Source of the DNA: the human T2T-CHM13v2.0 reference genome, Homo sapiens
NCBI RefSeq assembly: GCF_009914755.1
Contig: NC_060942.1
DNA length: 64,000 nt
Reading direction: 5' to 3' (one strand)
Of this stretch, positions 55,866-64,000 are shown piece after piece. A model generated the notes under the pieces. The model made no database searches, had not been told where the DNA came from, and saw only the letters and a program-made list of their open reading frames with translations. Position numbers and translations under genes: made by a program. Numbering within the stretch: the first letter of the stretch is position 1; the number at the start of each line of letters is the position of its first letter.

Positions 55866-56819
55866 AGTACTTAAAAAAAACCACTATATATCTCCCTTGC
55901 TTCTTGTTTGATTGAAAATGTGTTGTGTATGGATTTTTAAAATGCCGTTATTTGAATACTTACAATTTCAACTGATGCCTCTATCGTAGCACTTGTGCAT
56001 TACATAGAAATGTTTATTTATTTTACATGTCTGTTTACCCCCTAATACATATGCTTCTAGAGGGAATATATCGTATTCATCTTAGAATTCTCTGAACACA
56101 GTACAATGCCTAGTGCAAAACAGATACTTGATCAGTGATTATGCACTGGAACTGAATGAACTTGGTTGATTTTTGTAGCAATTTCTTATTTTGTCCTCTT
56201 TTAAACTTTCACAAATAACTTCCAAAACCTGAATGCCTTTGATATCAACAACATGTAGTCTTTCCTTTTATATGAGATAACAATTGGTCGTCTCACGTCT
56301 ATTGAGAAGTAAATGATTTGTTTCATTCAGCTTAGTGGAAATTCACACAAGAAATGCAGAAAAATGAAAATAATAAAGTTATTTTCAGGTTATTCAAAAG
56401 AGAATGAAGGTCTGAGAAGTTTCTTAATATATACAAGTAGGATTTTATTGCAAAGGGAATTGGAAGTTATTTTCCTGGGAAGCTTTGGTTCTACTAACAA
56501 TGAAGCATTTATACAATGCATAATCCATGAATGTGAGTCGGTTACATCTTATTACGCAACTTTCTATTGTATTTAGTATACATCAGTATCTATATCAGTA
56601 CAAACAATTGATCCAGTTTTTGGTGAAAGCCAAACTAATATTTTATTACATAATTCTGTAAATTTGACAATACGCAGATTTCTGGGTGAATGTCTGCTGC
56701 TTCTTTTGCTTTTGTTTCTTTATTCTTATTTCTCTGAGTACAGTCATCTGAGTATAGATGAGTGAATTAAAGCTGTCCTTTGACTCATTCTCGGATCATC
56801 CATTAAAACTGAGTTTTGG

Positions 56820-57127
56820 GGCCAGGCATGGTGTCTCATGCCTGTAACCCCAGCACTTTGGGAGGCCAATGCGGGATGATCACTTGAGGCCAGGAATTTG
56901 AGACCAGCCTGGGCAACATTGTGAGACTCTGTCTGTACAAAAAACTTTTTAAAACTAGCTGACTGTGGTGGCATATGCTTGTAGTCCTAGCTACTTGGGA
57001 GTCTGAGGTGGGAGTATCATTTGAGACCAGAAGATCAAGGCTGAGCTATGATCACACCACTGTACTCCAGCCTGAATGACAGAGTGAGACCCTGTTCCCC
57101 CTCCCCAAAAATCAAAAACACAAAAAA
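56820..57127 (+). mobile_element. AluJ
   Basis: J diagnostics; approximate TSD AAAACT...TTTTGGG. Confidence 0.9.
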
Positions 57128-58004
57128 CTATTTTTTGGGGCCAATCTAAGAGATGATCCACTAATTGGTCCACTTACCACATACTTTTAGATTTGATACC
57201 TTTCATTAATAGCCTTTACTTTGCACTCTTTTCTTCCATTGTTTTTTTTTTCATTGACTTTTCTGCTCCTAGCAATCAACATTCTTCATTTCCACAATCC
57301 TTGCCAAAGTAGCATTCCCTTTCCCTTGGGAAAAGTAGGCATAGACCTGCCTCTAAATCAAAGGCTTCAAGTACCAAAGGTAACCTCATGGCTTTTTGTG
57401 GGCCAGTGAAAACACACAGTCATTACCACAAATTGAATTCTATTCTCAGAAGAAAGATTTACCTATTCCCAGCGATCTGCTTCTAGTTATACCAGCCTGT
57501 GTTCAGTGACTTTATATGAGCTAAAACTGGTCAATGGGATAGGTCCCTAAAGCATGTGCTTCTCTGGTAGAAAATTCTATCATTTCTAGTGATACTACAA
57601 ATTTGAAATAAAATTGGAGTAAATATTAGAACTGTGCTTTCCTCTAATGTACAAAAAGGGAAAGGAGATGTAGAAATATATTTCTCTGTTTTAAAAGCAT
57701 TATTTCATTCTTTATTTCAAAAAGAAGCCATACAAATACAGATTTACAAAAGAAAAAATATCTATAATCTCACCAACCAGGGGAGAGAGTTAACATCTTA
57801 GTGGTTGTTCTTTCCAATTTTTATATAAATATGATGTATGTGCTTTTCTATGTATGTACCCTTTTATTTTTAAATAACAAAAATGTCATCATATACACAA
57901 TCTGTCCCCCTCCTAGAATGAACTCACTTTGGGGGCAGGGACTGCCTTTCTAATCTTATTATCTGCTCTATTCTCATTCCTAGAAGAGTGTCTGGCATAC
58001 TATA

Positions 58005-58241
58005 TGCTAATCCAACAGGACTGTGGTCTTATAAGAAGAGGAAGACTCTCTCTCCACCATGAGAAGACACAATGAGAAGGCTGCCATCTGCAAGCCAGAA
58101 GGAGAGCCCTCGCTGGGAGGTCAGCCATGCTGGCACCCTGATCTCAGACTTCCGGCCTCCAGAGTTGGAAGAAAATAAACGTCTGTTGTTTATAAGCCAC
58201 CTAGTCTCTGGTATTTTGTTATGGCAGCCCAAGCTAATACA
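58005..58241 (+). mobile_element. MLT1A/B 3' fragment
   Basis: GCCATCTGCAAGCCAG...GGCACCCTGATCTCAGACTTCC...CTAATACA. Confidence 0.8.
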
Positions 58242-58894
58242 GATGAATAGCCTTGTTCAAACATTTTTCTTCCTCACTTATTTACTTAGGGTATATGTCT
58301 AGAAGAAAAATCGTGTTGGTTAGAGAGGATGAACAGTTTTAAGGCTTTTGATACCAGATGGTAAATCGATCCTAGAAAGGTTAGATAATTTAAATGTTAA
58401 TGGCAGTGTATGATGATGGTCCCTTTATCTCCCTACCTTCTTGCTATCGCTGGGAACATTTGTTGATTTATTTTTAATTTTGATCAACTTTATGGGGAGA
58501 AAAAGGTTTATTATTGCTTTCACGTTTGTGGCACATTGATAACTGCTAACATTCAACATGTTTTCATATCCCTATGGAATATTTGACTTTCCTCTTTTGT
58601 TAATTTTTTATTGCAGTCCTATGCCAATCTTTCTTTTGAGGGTTATAAATTAATAGAAAGAAAGTCTAATTGTGTGTAGAGAACCACAAAAATATAAATG
58701 TAGAGAAATATTTATATTTTTGTGGTTAAATCTGTCAAATTTATCAATCTTCTGTATAAAGTTTGCATTTTGGAGTTATGCTTATAAAGTTCCTTTGTAT
58801 CCCTTGAGCGTACAACCATTTAGCTAAATATTTTTTCGAATGCTTTTTAATACAAAAGATGTTAACCTATTTGGAATTTATTTTGCCACCAAAT

Positions 58895-59505
58895 AGATAA
58901 TGTAAACTGGTGGCCTAGATCGGATTGGGCCTGCAGATTGTTCTGCTTGCATAGTGGGTTCGCGAGCCCCAAAAGAATATGTTTAAGTCCTAACCCCTGG
59001 TACTTGTGAATGTGACCTTATTTGGGAATAAGGTCTTCGCAAGTGTAATCAAGTTAAAATAAGGTCATACTGGAATAGGGTGGGCCGTAACCCAAGGACC
59101 ACTGTCTTCATAAGAAGAGGGAAATTTGAACACAGATGACACAGAGAGGAGAATGCCACAGGATGAAGCAGGTAGAGACTGGACTGACGCGTCTACAGGC
59201 CAGGGCTACCGGCAACCACGAGAAGCTAGGAGAGAAGCAGGTAACCGATTCTCCCCCAGTCTCCAGGAGGAACCAACCCTGCCAATACCTTGACTTCTGA
59301 CTTCTTGACTTCAGACCATAAGAGAAGAAGTTTCTGCTGTTTGAAACCACCCAGTTTTTGGTCATTCCCTATGGCAGTGCTGGGAAACTAAATACAGCTC
59401 ATTTCACACATTGTTTTAAAAATATTTGACATAGTTGCCAACAGCTAAAATTTGGAAGACTTCATATGAAAATAGAGATTTCTCTTAAAAGCATCCAAAA
59501 TTATG
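58895..59505. mobile_element. MER102-like hAT fragment split by an MLT1C LTR (~58948-59396, +)
   Basis: AAACTGGTGGCC...|MLT1C|...TAGTTGCCAACAGCTAAAATTTGGAAGACTTCATATGAAAAT. Confidence 0.65.
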
Positions 59506-60518
59506 AGCCCTCATGTTATTGTGGCCCCTGCCTAGTCCTCCTATTTATTTTCTCTGTATGGAGCAGAATTACCATGTTCCCCTATGCCTGCAGGAAGGTG
59601 GGGGACCGATACCTTTTAATTGTTTTTCTTTTTGTATCTTAACGGTAAACATATCCCAACACCATTTATTAAGCAACCCGACAAATCTGTACAGATATGC
59701 TTTTTATCTTCTACTATTTGCTCATATAGCACTTGAGTCTATTTTGGGTCTTTCTATTCTGATGCTCTAATCTGTCTAAAGAGTCTCTCATCACACTGCA
59801 CAGTTGGTCTTATGACAGTTTAAAAATATGATGTTAAATCTCATCGAACTAGTAGGTAACCAGAGTTCCTTTAACACTCAAATTCTATCAATTAGGATAA
59901 GTGAGCTTAACAGCAGTGAATACAGATTCTGCTTAATAGGCTTAAAAGGGTGACTCCAACCGCTTAAATAGGACTTCCCACTGAACATGTCAGCCATTGG
60001 TTTTCTGACCACAAGTTGGTTTTCCACTTCTGATTTGTCTGATAAAAATAATTTGAGTAAGAGCCATATGATTATTTTTGCAATGGTGAACATCACTTCT
60101 CATCTGAAAAAAATGAGGCATTAAAATATGGAAGACATTTCTCAGTCTTGTAAACTTCATTAAAATTCATATGAATGTCCTTTTTCTTGAAGCACAGTGT
60201 CACCTTCTTGAATTTTGTGTGTGTAAAATGTGAATTAGTAGAAAAAGGAATACCTAAGAGAATGATGTCTGTAGAATCCATAAAGGTGTGCTTAGAGTGA
60301 TTAGCTTATAATACTTAGAAAATCCTTTTATTAAACTTTTCATATTTTAAAAAAATGATTATAGATTCACAGGAGGTTTTCCAAAGAAGTGAATAGGAAG
60401 GTCCTCTGAACCCTTCCCCCCAGCCTCTCCCAGTGTTAACATTGAATGTAAGTACACCAGTACCATTCATAGAATTTACTTGGATTTCTCCATTATATAT
60501 ATATTTATTTGTATGTTC

Positions 60519-61500
<982 letters not shown>

Positions 61501-61699
61501 TTTAGCATGAATGCTTGTTTATTGTCCTATGTCACTTTGTTTTTTATTGCACTTCAATTTCTCCCTTCTCTTGTCTTTCCACATTTTTTCCTTTATGTAG
61601 CCATAACTTGTACCCATTCTTTTCACTCAATTTTGCTTTCTTTTAACATTTACATATACATGTTCCTGTTTCTTTTCTCTCTCTGTCTCTCTTTCTTTC

Positions 61700-61822
61700 T
61701 TTCTTTTTTTTTTTTGTCTCTGTCGCCCAGGCTGGAGTGCAGTGGTGTGATCTTGGCTAATTGCAACCTCTACCTCCTGGGTTCAAGTGCTGGGATTACA
61801 GGTGTGAGCCACCGCACCCGGC
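61700..61822 (-). mobile_element. Alu with large internal deletion
   Basis: GGGTTCAAGTG joined directly to CTGGGATTACAGG...CCCGGC. Confidence 0.85.
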
Positions 61823-62915
61823 AGGAGTAATTTTATTTGTGAAAATTATTTGTGTAAAATGCGGATTCCTCTTTTGAAACGTGCTGTAATTAGATACATG
61901 TTAACTGTCAAAATATTCCTTCACATTTTTGAGGTTCCTTTCTTCCAAAGAGACCCAGCATTAATTTTGAACACTCCTCTGGTGACTCTTCTAGGAGGCA
62001 GTTTTGCTTTTTCTTACATTATTTCTAACTAGGTAATTTATTTCAAAAAGTGTGGGCCTTGCAAATACCAGCCAAGAGGCACTGATGCCGTGTCTGTAGA
62101 GAATCCCAGTGGTAATCTCATGTCTTAAAAAGTTTTCCAACATCATGGGAGTAAACTACTTCTTTTTGGGTAGGTTCTCCACACTTCTACTCCAGAGACT
62201 GTTCAGCTTTTGAGTTTCTCAGTTAGACCTCAAATGGCCTGGAGGTGAGTACTGATGGACAGCTGCAGCAAGGAGCTTAACGCTTTCTGTGTCTTTGGAA
62301 GAATTTCTGCAGAGAAGCTGGGTTAAACTCAAGCCAAAGGTCCAGTCAGCCTGGGCCTGGAACAAAAAAATTCCTCACAGGGGTTTTAGCCTTGGAGGTA
62401 ATCTTTCAGGTAGTCATAGGCAGTTTAGTAAAATTGAAGAGGCTATTAAACTCACTGGTGTGCTTCCTAAGGGTTCCTTGGCCATGCAGTGATTCTGTTT
62501 TGGATGAAAGGCAAGTGTTCTAGAATATTTAAATTAGCCTGACCTCCCAGAGTAAGCTGCAGATGAAGGCATTTTAGGAAATTTCATTAAAGTGGGAATT
62601 AACTTCAGGTTCATGATAGGGTTGAGGCATTTATGAAACCATGTTCACATACATCCTGCAAAGTTTGCAGTTTTCTGGGATAAGGGGCATATGACTTCTA
62701 AGAAAAATAATAATTAACCTGCTTTTCAAATTGAAAGTTATGTTTTTAAGGGATATGCAACATTATGTTTATTTGTATAATAATTGGATGTCGAATTAAT
62801 ATTCAAATACTTGAATAATTTATTTGGATAATGTTTAAAAACCCATAGACTTGTTCATGATTATCTGGGTGACCTCTTTATGTCCCATTACTACTATTCA
62901 GTTTTAGCTTCTGTG

Positions 62916-63541
<626 letters not shown>

Positions 63542-63840
63542 TAAACAATTGAACTAATGCTCACTGATCATTTAAAGTGATGCTATGTAACTTGAAGGTA
63601 GTATTTCCCACACTAGGTATAGAGAACAGCAGTACTCTACATTGGCCTGTGAATTCTCAGGTATGAAAATAACTGCTCTAGAGATTGATTAATTAGCTCA
63701 ATAATTGTTTTAAAAGTTGACTATGTCACCCCAATTGTTTCTATTATTGAAATACAAATATGAACAAGGTCCAGTCTTTGTTCTCAAGGAGTTTATGTTC
63801 TAATGGGGCAGAGGGATGAAAAACCAATGTTTGGGATATA

Positions 63841-64000
63841 ATAGTTCCCCTCTATTCTCGAGGGAGACGTTCCAAGACCCCCAGTGAATGCCTGCAACTG
63901 TGGATAGTACCCAAACACATATATACTATGTTTTCTCCTACACATACATTACATACTTATGAAAAAGTTTAATTTATAAATTAGACACAGTAAAGGATTA
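63841..64000. mobile_element. MER44 (Tigger), runs off the window end
   Basis: CGTTCCAAGACCCCCAGTGAATGCCTG...AAAGTTTAATTTATAAATTAG. Confidence 0.85.

Overview
Primate (most likely human) non-coding genomic DNA, intronic or intergenic. I recognise no protein-coding exon of a cellular gene, no RNA gene and no CpG island. The window is dominated by interspersed repeats. It has one full-length but inactivated L1PA4/5-type LINE-1 (minus strand, ~2047-8186) and about 41 Alu elements or fragments (J, S and Y types). It also has about 18 solo LTRs or LTR fragments (MER39, MER4E, MER57, LTR9B-like, LTR8, MLT1, MLT2, MSTA/B, THE1), DNA-transposon fossils (MER2, MER3, MER5, MER20, MER44, MER102, MADE1) and old L1M, L2, L3 and MIR fragments. 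Nearly all ORFs in the supplied track are L1 remnants, Alu artefacts or microsatellite frames. I found no evidence of a new biological system. The notable items are small structural events: an L1 3' transduction, a 94-bp templated copy of an LTR's own 3' junction inserted inside that LTR, a snap-back hairpin insertion in L1 ORF1, a 70-bp flank+Alu duplication, a chimeric AluS/AluY without TSD, a close inverted AluY pair and a tandem CArG cluster. Repeat subfamily names come from recalled consensus sequences and need RepeatMasker/Dfam confirmation. Boundaries of old repeats are approximate.
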